A stretch of 64,000 bases of DNA from the NCBI GenBank assembly GCA_900316625.1, contig ONDO01000002.1:2828-66827 (forward strand). Reading direction: 5' to 3'. Positions within the stretch are counted from its first letter, which is position 1, and each line of letters starts with the position of its first letter. Positions 18,480-28,274 of the stretch are shown here, in pieces. The notes under the pieces were generated by a model. The model was given only the letters and a program-made list of their open reading frames with translations. It searched no databases and was not told the DNA's origin. The position numbers and the translations under genes are program-made. Source of the stretch: an uncultured Lachnospiraceae bacterium. GTDB lineage: Bacteria; Bacillota; Clostridia; Lachnospirales; Lachnospiraceae.

Positions 18480-19373
18480 ATGGCAATATTTACTGGTTCT
18501 GGTGTAGCAATCGTAACTCCAATGAAGAACGATGCAGAGATGTCTGTAAACTATGACAAGCTCGAAGAGATCATTGACTGGCAGATCAAGGAAGGTACTG
18601 ACTGCATCGTCATCGCAGGTACCACCGGTGAAGGATCTACCCTTACGATGGAAGAACATCGCGATGTTATTAAGGCAGCTGTAGAATTCACGAATCACAG
18701 AATTCCGGTTGTTGCAGGTACTGGTTCGAACTGCACCAAGACTGCGATTCAGCTGACCAAGGAAGCAGAAGAGTCCGGAGCAGACGGGGCTCTTGTTGTT
18801 ACACCTTATTACAATAAGGCAACCCAGAAGGGTCTGGTAGAGCACTACACCATGATCGCACGTGAGACCAAGCTTCCCATCATTCTCTACAATGTACCCG
18901 GTCGTACCGGTGTGAATATCCAGCCTGATACGGTCGCAGAGATCGTAAAGCGTAACCCCAACATCGTTGGTATCAAGGATGCTGTCGGTAATGTCGCCCA
19001 GACTGCTGCTATGATGAATCGTCTCGATGGTAAGTTAGACCTCTATTCCGGTGAAGACGGACTGGTTGTTCCTCTGATGTCCTTAGGCGGAATCGGTGTA
19101 ATCTCTGTTGTCGCTGACGTAGCACCCAAGGATATGCATGACATGTGCATGGCATACTTAAATGGAGATGTGAAGAAGGCAAAAGAGATGCAGCTGAAGA
19201 TGCTTCCTCTTGTAGACGCTCTCTTCTCCGAAGTCAATCCGATCCCTGTTAAGAAGGCCATGAACCTGATGGGACTCGAGGTAGGACCGCTTCGCGCACC
19301 TCTCTTCGAGATGGATGCTGCAAAAGCCGTCGTGCTCGAGAAAGTAATGAGAGAGTACGGGATTCTGAAATGA
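18480..19373 (+). CDS. dapA: 4-hydroxy-tetrahydrodipicolinate synthase
   Basis: GTTGE, PYYNK, LYNVPGRTG, GIKD, NPIPVK. Confidence 0.97.
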   Translation: MAIFTGSGVAIVTPMKNDAEMSVNYDKLEEIIDWQIKEGTDCIVIAGTTGEGSTLTMEEHRDVIKAAVEFTNHRIPVVAGTGSNCTKTAIQLTKEAEESGADGALVVTPYYNKATQKGLVEHYTMIARETKLPIILYNVPGRTGVNIQPDTVAEIVKRNPNIVGIKDAVGNVAQTAAMMNRLDGKLDLYSGEDGLVVPLMSLGGIGVISVVADVAPKDMHDMCMAYLNGDVKKAKEMQLKMLPLVDALFSEVNPIPVKKAMNLMGLEVGPLRAPLFEMDAAKAVVLEKVMREYGILK

Positions 19374-19476
19374 TTGATTTAACGCAAGATATACTCCGCT
19401 CCTGATTGTACATGTTCTCCTAAGAGCGGAGTTTGTGTTAGCTGAAATTGGAAGATATAAAAGAAAGAAGACAGAA

Positions 19477-20244
19477 ATGATTAAGATTATTCTTCATGGC
19501 TGTAACGGCCATATGGGTCGTGTACTGACGGATATTATTGCAAAAGATGAGAATGCCGAAGTTGTTGCGGGTGTAGATGTTTATACCGGCACTCCCAATG
19601 ACTATCCTGTATTTGAGAAGATGGCTGATTGCAATGTGGATGCCGATGCAGTGATTGATTTCTCTAATGCGGCAGCAGTAGATGGCCTGCTGGATGCTTG
19701 TGTAGAGAAGAAGCTTCCGGTTGTTCTCTGCACCACCGGACTTTCGGAAGAGCAGCTGAAGAAGGTGGATGAGACGGCTAAGAAGATTCCTCTTCTTCGT
19801 TCTGCGAATATGTCTCTTGGTATTAATACCATCATCGATCTCTTAAAGAAGGCAACTCAGGTTTTTGCTCCTGCAGGTTTTGATATCGAGATCGTTGAGA
19901 AGCATCATAATCGCAAACTGGATGCTCCTTCCGGAACTGCAATTGCCCTGGCAGATGCCATTAATGAAGCTGCAGGCAATGAATATCATTACATCTATGA
20001 TCGTTCTCAGAGAAGAGAGCAGAGAGATCCTAAGGAGATTGGTATCTCCGCAGTTCGTGGTGGCACTATCGTAGGTGATCATGATGTGATCTTTGCAGGT
20101 CTGGATGAAGTGATCACCATCAGCCATACCGCATATTCCAGATCTATCTTTGCGAACGGTGCAGTATCTGCAGCCAAGTTCCTGGCAGGAAAGGCTGCCG
20201 GCATGTATGACATGGCTGATGTCATCAGAGAGCAGACAAAATAA
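19477..20244 (+). CDS. dapB: 4-hydroxy-tetrahydrodipicolinate reductase
   Basis: GCNGHMG, EKHHNRKLDAPSGTA. Confidence 0.97.
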   Translation: MIKIILHGCNGHMGRVLTDIIAKDENAEVVAGVDVYTGTPNDYPVFEKMADCNVDADAVIDFSNAAAVDGLLDACVEKKLPVVLCTTGLSEEQLKKVDETAKKIPLLRSANMSLGINTIIDLLKKATQVFAPAGFDIEIVEKHHNRKLDAPSGTAIALADAINEAAGNEYHYIYDRSQRREQRDPKEIGISAVRGGTIVGDHDVIFAGLDEVITISHTAYSRSIFANGAVSAAKFLAGKAAGMYDMADVIREQTK

Positions 20245-20280
20245 ACTAAATAAATAAAAATCCTGTGCTGTAATGATATG

Positions 20281-20326
20281 TACCCTCTTTGCTGGAAATA
20301 ACCAATCCGGCAGGGAGGGTATTTCT
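20281..20326 (+). terminator. dapAB terminator
   Basis: TACCCTCTTTGCTGG...CCGGCAGGGAGGGTA-TTTC. Confidence 0.7.
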
Positions 20327-20371
20327 GCGTGTTCGGGTATTGGCAGGAATCGGTCAGGATAAAGGGAGATT

Positions 20372-20442
20372 TATGACAATTGTCATATCTGAAGTAGTGA
20401 CAATGTTCACTACAGGGCATCGCTCCATTGGACTACTATAAT
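20372..20442 (+). promoter_or_regulatory. Tandem palindromic operators plus -10 box upstream of ABC/TCS operon
   Basis: TATGACAATTGTCATA (20372-20387), GTAGTGACAATGTTCACTAC (20394-20413), TATAAT (20437-20442). Confidence 0.6.
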
Positions 20443-20482
20443 CTTGCAAACAGATAATAACTCCAATGGGAGGGAAAGAGTT

Positions 20483-21424
20483 ATGAGTGAAAATATAGTT
20501 AAGGTAGATTCCCTGGTGAAGAGATACGGGGAGAACATCGCAGTGGATCACTTCTCCCTGGAAGTGAAGAAAGGTGAGATCCTTGGTCTCCTTGGCCCCA
20601 ACGGATCCGGTAAGACCACCACCATCAACTGTATTCTGTCTCTCTTAAATTATGACAAGGGCAGCATCGAAGTCTTCGGACAGAAGATGAGTCCGGAGAG
20701 ATTCGACCTCAAGAGAAGAATCGGCGTTGTGCCTCAGAATGTAGCAGTGCTGAATGCGCTTACTGTGGAAGAGAATATTGACTTCTTCTGCGGACTCTAC
20801 ATCAAGGACAAGGCAGAGAGAAAAGCCTGTATTGAAGAAGCACTCGAGTTCACGGGACTTACCGAATTCAGAAAACAGAAGCCTAAGAAATTGTCTGGAG
20901 GCCTTCTTCGTCGCCTGAATATCGCCTGCGGAATCGCCCATAAGCCAGAACTTATCTTCTTTGATGAGCCGACCGTTGCAGTTGATCCCCAGAGCCGTAA
21001 TGCAATCCTTGAAGGCATTCGTAAGATGAATGAGCAGGGATCCACAGTCATCTACACATCCCATTACATGGAGGAGGTAGAAGAACTCTGCAGCAGAATT
21101 GTCATCATGGATCACGGCAAGAACGAAGCGGAAGGTACTTCCCAGAGCCTCAAGTCCAGCCTTCGTAATCGCGAGACCATCCGCATCAATATGCCGGTAC
21201 ATGAGAAGGAATTATTAGACCAGATCAGAAATATAAACCATGTCTATGATGTGCGTATAGACGAAGAAGACGTCATCATTAAGTGTGACGGCGGTGAACA
21301 TAATCTGGTTCATATCTTAAACTTCCTGTCTGAAAAGCAGCTTCCTTTTGGAAGAGTAACAACAGAACTCCCCACTCTAAACGATGTATTCCTTGAAATC
21401 ACTGGAAAGGAGCTGAGAGACTGA
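20483..21424 (+). CDS. ABC-2 type exporter ATP-binding protein
   Basis: GPNGSGKTT, LSGG, FFDEPT, SHYMEE. Confidence 0.93.
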   Translation: MSENIVKVDSLVKRYGENIAVDHFSLEVKKGEILGLLGPNGSGKTTTINCILSLLNYDKGSIEVFGQKMSPERFDLKRRIGVVPQNVAVLNALTVEENIDFFCGLYIKDKAERKACIEEALEFTGLTEFRKQKPKKLSGGLLRRLNIACGIAHKPELIFFDEPTVAVDPQSRNAILEGIRKMNEQGSTVIYTSHYMEEVEELCSRIVIMDHGKNEAEGTSQSLKSSLRNRETIRINMPVHEKELLDQIRNINHVYDVRIDEEDVIIKCDGGEHNLVHILNFLSEKQLPFGRVTTELPTLNDVFLEITGKELRD

Positions 21425-22608
21425 TGTTTTCACATATCTTCTTCTATCAGTTGAAGAACATATCCAGGAAGTTCTGGATCATTGGTTGGAACCTCCTCTT
21501 CCCTCTTGTTCTTGCAACTGCATTTCATTTCGGCTTCGGAAGTATGATTAAGGATGATCCGAACACCTTTCATATTGTTCCTGCCGGATATGTAACCCTG
21601 GGTGATTACGAGACGGAAGGGATGCAGGAGGACGGTACCCTTATTCATACGGATCCCTATGGAGAGATGTTAGAGTCCATCTCCGGTGGAGATGAGGAGA
21701 AGAAACAGATTATTTTGCTTACACGCTATGCCAGCGAGAAGGAGGCCAATCAGGCAATCCTTGATCAGGAGATTAAGGGCTACTACTTAAATGATGGTGG
21801 AGAAATCTCCCTTAAAGTACTTAGTACCGGTACAGATTCAACTATCTTAAGTCAGATCATGAAGCAGTATAAGACCAGTAGGTCTATGCTTGAGAGAATT
21901 GCAAAGGACCATCCGGACAAGCTTTCGGAAGCCATCAGTGCACTTTCTGATCAGAACGAATATTTAGAGCAGCATACCTTTGGGAATGGAGTGTCTCAGT
22001 ATCTGCAATATTTCTTTGCCCTGCTTGCTATGTCCTCACTCTTTGGCTCCTGGATTTCAACAGAAATGATGTATCCCATGTGTGCGAATATCTCCGATTG
22101 TGGCAAGAGATTTGAATCCGCTCCTGGTAATCGTATCGTCGCAGTACTGGCAGGAACCCTGGCAGGAACCCTGCTTCAGGGAATCAGTAACATCATTGTA
22201 GTGCTTTATATCCAGTATGTTCTCCAAATCAGCTTTGGCGCTGCTCTCGTCGATATCTGCCTCATCATGTTTCTGGGTTCTGCACTTGGTATTGGCTTTG
22301 GCGTTTTCTTCGGATCTGTTTTCAAGAAGGAAAACGCCAGGGTGATGATGCCACTTGCCTTCTCTATGGTCTGCTCCTTTATGTCGGGACTTATGGTTGG
22401 TTTTATGAAGCAGGTGGTGGAAGATCATGTCCCCATCTTAAATCGTATCAATCCGGCATCGGTATTTACGGATAGTCTCTATGTCATCTCGAATTACGGA
22501 AAAACAGACAGGTTCTACACGGATGTTATGATCATGCTTCTTATGATTGCACTAACCCTTGGTGTCAGTGCCTGCATCTTAAGGAGGAGAAATTATGCCA
22601 GTATTTAA
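21424..22608 (+). CDS. ABC-2 type permease
   Basis: One N-terminal TM, extracellular domain, C-terminal TM bundle; translationally coupled. Confidence 0.85.
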   Translation: MFSHIFFYQLKNISRKFWIIGWNLLFPLVLATAFHFGFGSMIKDDPNTFHIVPAGYVTLGDYETEGMQEDGTLIHTDPYGEMLESISGGDEEKKQIILLTRYASEKEANQAILDQEIKGYYLNDGGEISLKVLSTGTDSTILSQIMKQYKTSRSMLERIAKDHPDKLSEAISALSDQNEYLEQHTFGNGVSQYLQYFFALLAMSSLFGSWISTEMMYPMCANISDCGKRFESAPGNRIVAVLAGTLAGTLLQGISNIIVVLYIQYVLQISFGAALVDICLIMFLGSALGIGFGVFFGSVFKKENARVMMPLAFSMVCSFMSGLMVGFMKQVVEDHVPILNRINPASVFTDSLYVISNYGKTDRFYTDVMIMLLMIALTLGVSACILRRRNYASI

Positions 22609-23770
22609 AGCAGTGATCAAGTCGCTAAAAGAATATCGCAGCATGTTCATTGTCTACTTCATGATCTTTGCGGTTTTCGGACCGATGCAGGCCAATGCCC
22701 AGATAGGCAAAAATGAGAAGATGTTTTCGGAATCCAGTCTTCGTGTAACCGTAATCGATCAGGATGACAGCGAATTATCCAGAGGTCTGACCGATTACCT
22801 CGAGACCAATGAAGAGGTTGAGGTGCTTCGTACTGTAAGTGACAGAGAACTGCAGAACTTAAATGATGATGTGAATTTTGAACAGAAGGACTATGTGCTT
22901 CTCATAGACCAGGGCTTCGAAGATAAGCTCCTGAAGGGAGATACCAAGGACAGTATTCAGTACATCAAGAACGGACAGAGTGCCAGTGGCTATCTTATGA
23001 CAGAAAAGATAGATACTTATCTCAACTACCTTATGGTATATTTAAAGAGTGGTTACGATGAGTCCTCGGCGATTAGGAATACCGCCGAAGACATGAAGGA
23101 AGCCGATGAGTCTCAGGTAAGTATATTGGAGAATCCCAATATGGAAGACCGCATGAGTGTTCTCTTCCGATTTGATGCTTATTCCATGATGATGATGCTG
23201 ATCGTTTTCTCCGGCAGTTTACTTACCGCCCTGAAGAAGAAAGATATTGCAGCCAGAATCCGCGTGGGAGGAACAAGCTTCCGCAGGAGATATGGAGAAC
23301 TGATCCTGGCCCTGCTTACGATGGCAGTTGGCGTCACCGTCCTTCTCATTGGCTTTACGGTACTTGACTCCCTCGTTCATGGCGTGACGGATTTTACCAA
23401 ACTTCCCTACTACGTAATCAATGCTTTTGCAGCAATGTTTGTCGGTATCGGCATCGGATATTTCGTCAGTACGATTGCCAAAGAAGACACCGTCGTGAAT
23501 ATGATAGCCAATATGATTAATCTATCCATGTGCTTCCTCTGTGGAGTCTTCGTCGGATTGGAATATCTGTCAGATGCCGTCATCAGAGTTGCACACTTTA
23601 TGCCACTCTACTGGTACATTATGGGGAATCAGTGGATCGTGAGTACCACTGCAAGCGAGATTATGAGCACAACCTTTGCAACACAGTTGGGTCTCCAGCT
23701 TCTGTTTGCAGCAGCCTTCTTCATGGCCGGACTCATCATCTCCAAGAAGAAGGAAGTTTACAATGTATGA
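22595..23770 (+). CDS. ABC-2 type permease
   Basis: Same topology; VIDQDDSELS, FMPLYW. Confidence 0.85.
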   Translation: MPVFKAVIKSLKEYRSMFIVYFMIFAVFGPMQANAQIGKNEKMFSESSLRVTVIDQDDSELSRGLTDYLETNEEVEVLRTVSDRELQNLNDDVNFEQKDYVLLIDQGFEDKLLKGDTKDSIQYIKNGQSASGYLMTEKIDTYLNYLMVYLKSGYDESSAIRNTAEDMKEADESQVSILENPNMEDRMSVLFRFDAYSMMMMLIVFSGSLLTALKKKDIAARIRVGGTSFRRRYGELILALLTMAVGVTVLLIGFTVLDSLVHGVTDFTKLPYYVINAFAAMFVGIGIGYFVSTIAKEDTVVNMIANMINLSMCFLCGVFVGLEYLSDAVIRVAHFMPLYWYIMGNQWIVSTTASEIMSTTFATQLGLQLLFAAAFFMAGLIISKKKEVYNV

Positions 23771-24779
23771 TCTCGTGATCAGAAGCTTAGCAGCGCTGGA
23801 ACTCATCATAATGATTAACGCAGACCAGGTCACCACTTCTACAGTGGCGGCCTCGCTCTGCGTTTTGTCGCTTCTAGAAGCTTCCGCCCTCGCTGACGCG
23901 AGAAATGAAGAACGATCCCAAATCCTGGCATGGATCCTTTTTGCTTCCTCTTACATCGGTGTGGCAGGCTACCTTTTGCTTACGAATGGAGACAGGAGTC
24001 CATATTTTCCCATCCTCTTAACTGTCTTGTCCTTCATTTCCAGCCTACTGCTCCTGCATCTGAATCACGCAAATGAGAAGATGCGACAGGAACTGCATAG
24101 GACCAGGGATGACAGTGAGGAACTGACGGAGGTCTTAAGAGAGCAGAACCGAAGGCTCTTAAATGAACAGGACCAGGAAGTGCATCTTGCGACTCTGGCG
24201 GAACGCAATCGTATCGCAAGAGAGATTCATGATAATGTGGGTCATATTCTGTCGAGGGGAATTCTGCTCCTGGGGGCAATCCGAACGGTGAGTGAGGATC
24301 AGACAATAGCGCCGCAGCTACAGATGCTGGCGGAGACGATGGATTCGGCTATGGCCAAGATGAGAGAATCGGTCCACGATCTCCATGATGATTCGATTGA
24401 TCTAAGACACAATCTGGAGGAGATCATGGCAGAACTTACGAACTTCACGATAGAAACAGATCTGGAGCTGGAAAATGAGATCGGGAGGGAAGAGAAGCTG
24501 GCAGTCATCGGAATTACCAAGGAAGCGGTGACCAATATCCTAAGGCATTCGACCGGTGACAGAGTGAAGGTGATTTTGCACCAGAATCCTGGATTTATCA
24601 CCCTATCCATCTCAGATAATGGCAGTGTGAGTGAGAAGGATAGAAGTCGCGTGCAGCAGGGCTTAAGTGAAGGCATCGGCTTGGCGAATATCCGGGAGAG
24701 GGCGAGATCATGCGGCGGAGAGGCCTACTTCTATATGGATGATGGATTTACCGTATATGTCAGATTAGCCAGGAAGTAA
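23763..24779 (+). CDS. Sensor histidine kinase (HisKA_3, NarX/DesK class)
   Basis: ERNRIAREIHDNVGH, EAVTNILRHS, ISDNG, GIGLANIRER. Confidence 0.93.
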   Translation: MYDLVIRSLAALELIIMINADQVTTSTVAASLCVLSLLEASALADARNEERSQILAWILFASSYIGVAGYLLLTNGDRSPYFPILLTVLSFISSLLLLHLNHANEKMRQELHRTRDDSEELTEVLREQNRRLLNEQDQEVHLATLAERNRIAREIHDNVGHILSRGILLLGAIRTVSEDQTIAPQLQMLAETMDSAMAKMRESVHDLHDDSIDLRHNLEEIMAELTNFTIETDLELENEIGREEKLAVIGITKEAVTNILRHSTGDRVKVILHQNPGFITLSISDNGSVSEKDRSRVQQGLSEGIGLANIRERARSCGGEAYFYMDDGFTVYVRLARK

Positions 24780-24851
24780 ACAGACTTGCATTGCGGACAG
24801 AAGTCTTATGGCATTGAGGAATGCCGTGAGAGAAGTGGAGACAGAGAGAAT

Positions 24852-25529
24852 ATGAGTGAGCCGAAAACAATACTGATTGTAGATGATGATGAACTGATTA
24901 CCATGTCCCTGGAGATGATTATCTCTGCGGATCCGGAATTTCAGGTGATTGGAAAAGGAAATTCCGGAGCAGAGGCAATTCGCCTCTATGAAGAACGGAA
25001 TCCAGACCTTCTTCTCACAGATATCCGTATGCCGGATATGACAGGACTAGACGCAGCCGAGAAGATTCTATCGCTACATCCGGATGCGGTTATTCTCTTC
25101 CTGACGACATTTTCTGACGATGAATATATCGTGAAAGCTCTGAAACTCGGAGTGAAGGGCTATTTGTTAAAACAGGATTATAAATCCCTCCCTGTTTCCC
25201 TTCGGGCTGCCTTGAATGGTCAGTCCGTCTTCGGTGGAGCGGTGGTGGATAAACTGCCGGAACTCATGAGCCATGTGGACAAGAACAATTCGGAAGCAGT
25301 ACATGGTGGACGGAAGGAAGAGAAGAGTAGTTTCTCTTACAGGGAACATGACATTACCGAGAAGGAATATGAGGTGATTCAGCTGGTGGGAGATGGATAC
25401 TCGAATAAGGAGATTGCAGATAAGCTCTTCCTGTCAGAAGGTACGGTGCGAAATTATCTCTCCTCCATTCTGGAGAAACTCGAACTTCGTGACAGGACCC
25501 AGCTGGCAATCTTTTACCTTACCAACTAG
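24852..25529 (+). CDS. NarL/LuxR-family response regulator
   Basis: LIVDDD, DIRMP, GYLLK; SNKEIADKLFLSEGTVRNYLS. Confidence 0.95.
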   Translation: MSEPKTILIVDDDELITMSLEMIISADPEFQVIGKGNSGAEAIRLYEERNPDLLLTDIRMPDMTGLDAAEKILSLHPDAVILFLTTFSDDEYIVKALKLGVKGYLLKQDYKSLPVSLRAALNGQSVFGGAVVDKLPELMSHVDKNNSEAVHGGRKEEKSSFSYREHDITEKEYEVIQLVGDGYSNKEIADKLFLSEGTVRNYLSSILEKLELRDRTQLAIFYLTN

Positions 25530-25605
25530 ATCCTATTTATTAAAAATGGAATATATAGATGGAAAATAGTCCTGCGGTCTGCAGGACTTTTCGTCTATAT
25601 CGATG

Positions 25606-26268
25606 TTACAGATACATATAGAATTCTCTTACGGTCTTCTCGAGTACCGTGCTGTGAATCACATAAGAACCATGGTCCTGATTTTCGAAGATACGTGATC
25701 TGGCTCCCGGAATAGCATGGACGATGGCTTCCGTCTCCTTGGGGAGGATGAGGTCACGTTCCCCTGCAACAATGAGACTTGGGCAGGAGATGCGGGAGAG
25801 TTCAGAATCCGTGATATCAGGTTCGGTTGCCATAAGGATGGCAAGCGGATCCTTCTCTCTTCTGGCGCGGCGCTTGATCTCGTGGAGTTCTTTGCGCTGC
25901 AGGCCCTTGGGAGTGCGGTTTGCACCACAGGCGATGATGCCGGCGAGAAGATCACTGTGATTGATCGCAGTCAGGAGTGCTAAGATGCCTCCGTCAGAGA
26001 AACCGAGAACGATGGGATGATCTAATTCGAGAGAAGAGATGAAGAGGGAGATATCCTCTGCCATCTCGCGGTAGTGATATTCGTTTGGAGTCGCACTGCC
26101 ACCGTGGCCTCTGGTATCAATGGCATAGATGGTGAAGCTGTCTTCTAGTCTCTTGCAGAGTTCATCGAAGATGGTATGGTCTTCTCCATTGCCATGTAAG
26201 AGGATAAGATCCTTACCCTGGCCGCATTTTTCATATGATAGAATTTGTCCTTTTAACTGGATGTACAT
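25606..26268 (-). CDS. Alpha/beta hydrolase
   Basis: LLHGNGE, DTRGHG, GFSDGG nucleophile elbow. Confidence 0.9.
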   Translation of the reverse strand: MYIQLKGQILSYEKCGQGKDLILLHGNGEDHTIFDELCKRLEDSFTIYAIDTRGHGGSATPNEYHYREMAEDISLFISSLELDHPIVLGFSDGGILALLTAINHSDLLAGIIACGANRTPKGLQRKELHEIKRRARREKDPLAILMATEPDITDSELSRISCPSLIVAGERDLILPKETEAIVHAIPGARSRIFENQDHGSYVIHSTVLEKTVREFYMYL

Positions 26269-26428
26269 GCTGTGCCTCCGACACGATCAATGTACTTATC
26301 CTATCATAAATAGAAGATAATTGTTTGGATTCTTTCGCGGACAGATATGGTATGATAGATACATTCACGAAAACAAAACGGCTGATTTGGTTTCCAATGG
26401 TCGAAATTAGATAAAAAGGAGAGATATT

Positions 26429-27214
26429 ATGGCAGAGAGAGCACTCGTTTGGGCACACCGCGGAGCAAGTGGTTACGCACCGGAGAATACATTGGCTGCT
26501 TTTCAGGAAGCAATCGATATGGGTGCAGATGGAATCGAACTCGATGTCCAGCTGACGAAGGATGGACAGATTGTCGTCATCCATGATGAGACCGTAGACC
26601 GTACCACCGATGGTAAGGGCTGGGTCAAGGATCTTACCTTTGATGAGATTCGTGCTCTCGACGCATCCTATCAGAATCTGATGCAGGGTGGTGAGGTTGT
26701 AAAGCTTGCGAAGAGATTCGAAGAATATGAGTCAGCACAGATTCCGACCATGGAAGAAGTCTTTGAACTCATCAAGCCGACCAAACTCTGGATCAATATC
26801 GAACTGAAGACCGGAATCGTATTCTATCCAAAGCTGGAGGAGAGAATTGTCGAGATGACGAAGAAGTATGGAATGGAAGATCGTGTCATCTATTCTTCCT
26901 TCAATCATTATTCTGTTGAGAAGATCAGAGAGATCGATCCCACGGCACAGACCGGACTGCTCTATGCAGATGGTACGATCGATATGCCTTCCTATGGCAA
27001 GAAGTATGGTGTCAAGGCACTGCATCCTGCACTCTATAATCTCCAGTTCCCTGGCTTTGTAGAGGAATGCATGAAGGAAGGATTGGAACTCAATGTCTGG
27101 ACGGTCAACGAGCCTCAGTATGTTGAGATGTGTAAGGCAGCACATGTCCATGCTGTTATCACAAACTATCCGGACATGGCAATGGAGATTCTGAATCAGG
27201 GGGAAAAACTTTGA
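26429..27214 (+). CDS. Glycerophosphodiester phosphodiesterase
   Basis: AHRGASGYAPENT, IELDVQ, IHDETVDRTT, NIELK, WTVN. Confidence 0.95.
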   Translation: MAERALVWAHRGASGYAPENTLAAFQEAIDMGADGIELDVQLTKDGQIVVIHDETVDRTTDGKGWVKDLTFDEIRALDASYQNLMQGGEVVKLAKRFEEYESAQIPTMEEVFELIKPTKLWINIELKTGIVFYPKLEERIVEMTKKYGMEDRVIYSSFNHYSVEKIREIDPTAQTGLLYADGTIDMPSYGKKYGVKALHPALYNLQFPGFVEECMKEGLELNVWTVNEPQYVEMCKAAHVHAVITNYPDMAMEILNQGEKL

Positions 27215-28176
27215 TCGGGAAGTTACAATTATTGGGGGAAGACGATTTTCGCCCCTTTATGGATAATACAATTCGTCCCTGGATCCAGGAGACGATGGAA
27301 GAGGGGTATCTTGCGGCAGCGGATGGATTAAAGCTCCACTATTGTTGCCTTCCGAATCCCCAGGAGATCGGACGTATCATGATCATGCATGGATACTGCG
27401 AATTCTTCGGCAAGTATCATGAACTCTCCTGGTATCTCTGGCAGCAGGGCTACGGAATCTACTTCCTGGAACAGAGAGGACACGGCTACTCTGACAGGGA
27501 TGGGGTAGAGAACGATATGGTCTATGTCTCTGACTTCAACGAATATGTGGAAGATCAGAAGCTCTTCTATGATACGATCGTATCGAAAGATGCGAAGTCA
27601 CCGATCTTCCTCCTGGCACACTCTATGGGTGGCCTGGTGGGCGCACGTTATATTGAGAAGTATCCGGATGACTTCAAGAGAGTGATTCTGTCCTCTCCGC
27701 TACTCAAGATGAATTCCGGTAACATTCCGGCTTTCGCGACCTACATCCTGGTCTTCTATTCCATTCTTGCTCGTAAGCAGAAAGCTTACATTCCGGGACA
27801 CGGAGCTTTCGATGGCGTCCGTAATTTCATCGGTTCCTCGACCAAGTCAGAAGCCAGATATAATTACACCTTTGATCAGAGACTTCTGGATAAGCATTAT
27901 CAGACCTACTCTGCATGCTATGCCTGGTCAAGGGCAGCGCTTCGTGCGGTAAGACAGGCTCAGAGAGATGTAGGTAAGGTGAAAAATGAGATCCTCCTTC
28001 TCCAGGCTGGTCAGGATCACATGGTGAAGATTGAAGGCCAGGATCGATTCGCGTCAAAACTTAAGGATTGTAAGCTGGTACGCTTTCCTGAGGCTCGTCA
28101 TGAGATCTTCAATTCGCTGATGGAAGACCGGGAGAAGTATTATAAAGAAATTCTGTCCTTTCTGAAAAAAGAATAA
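27211..28176 (+). CDS. Lysophospholipase-like alpha/beta hydrolase
   Basis: HGYCE, QRGHGYS, AHSMGG, ARHEIF; TTG start overlapping upstream stop. Confidence 0.85.
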   Translation: MIGKLQLLGEDDFRPFMDNTIRPWIQETMEEGYLAAADGLKLHYCCLPNPQEIGRIMIMHGYCEFFGKYHELSWYLWQQGYGIYFLEQRGHGYSDRDGVENDMVYVSDFNEYVEDQKLFYDTIVSKDAKSPIFLLAHSMGGLVGARYIEKYPDDFKRVILSSPLLKMNSGNIPAFATYILVFYSILARKQKAYIPGHGAFDGVRNFIGSSTKSEARYNYTFDQRLLDKHYQTYSACYAWSRAALRAVRQAQRDVGKVKNEILLLQAGQDHMVKIEGQDRFASKLKDCKLVRFPEARHEIFNSLMEDREKYYKEILSFLKKE

Positions 28177-28274
28177 AGATATGGTCATAAGGTTGAGTTT
28201 CGCAGATTCGTTCCCTATAATGAGAACGAATCTGCTTTCGTGCGTTAAAATATGAATGTATAGAAAGGCATCCA

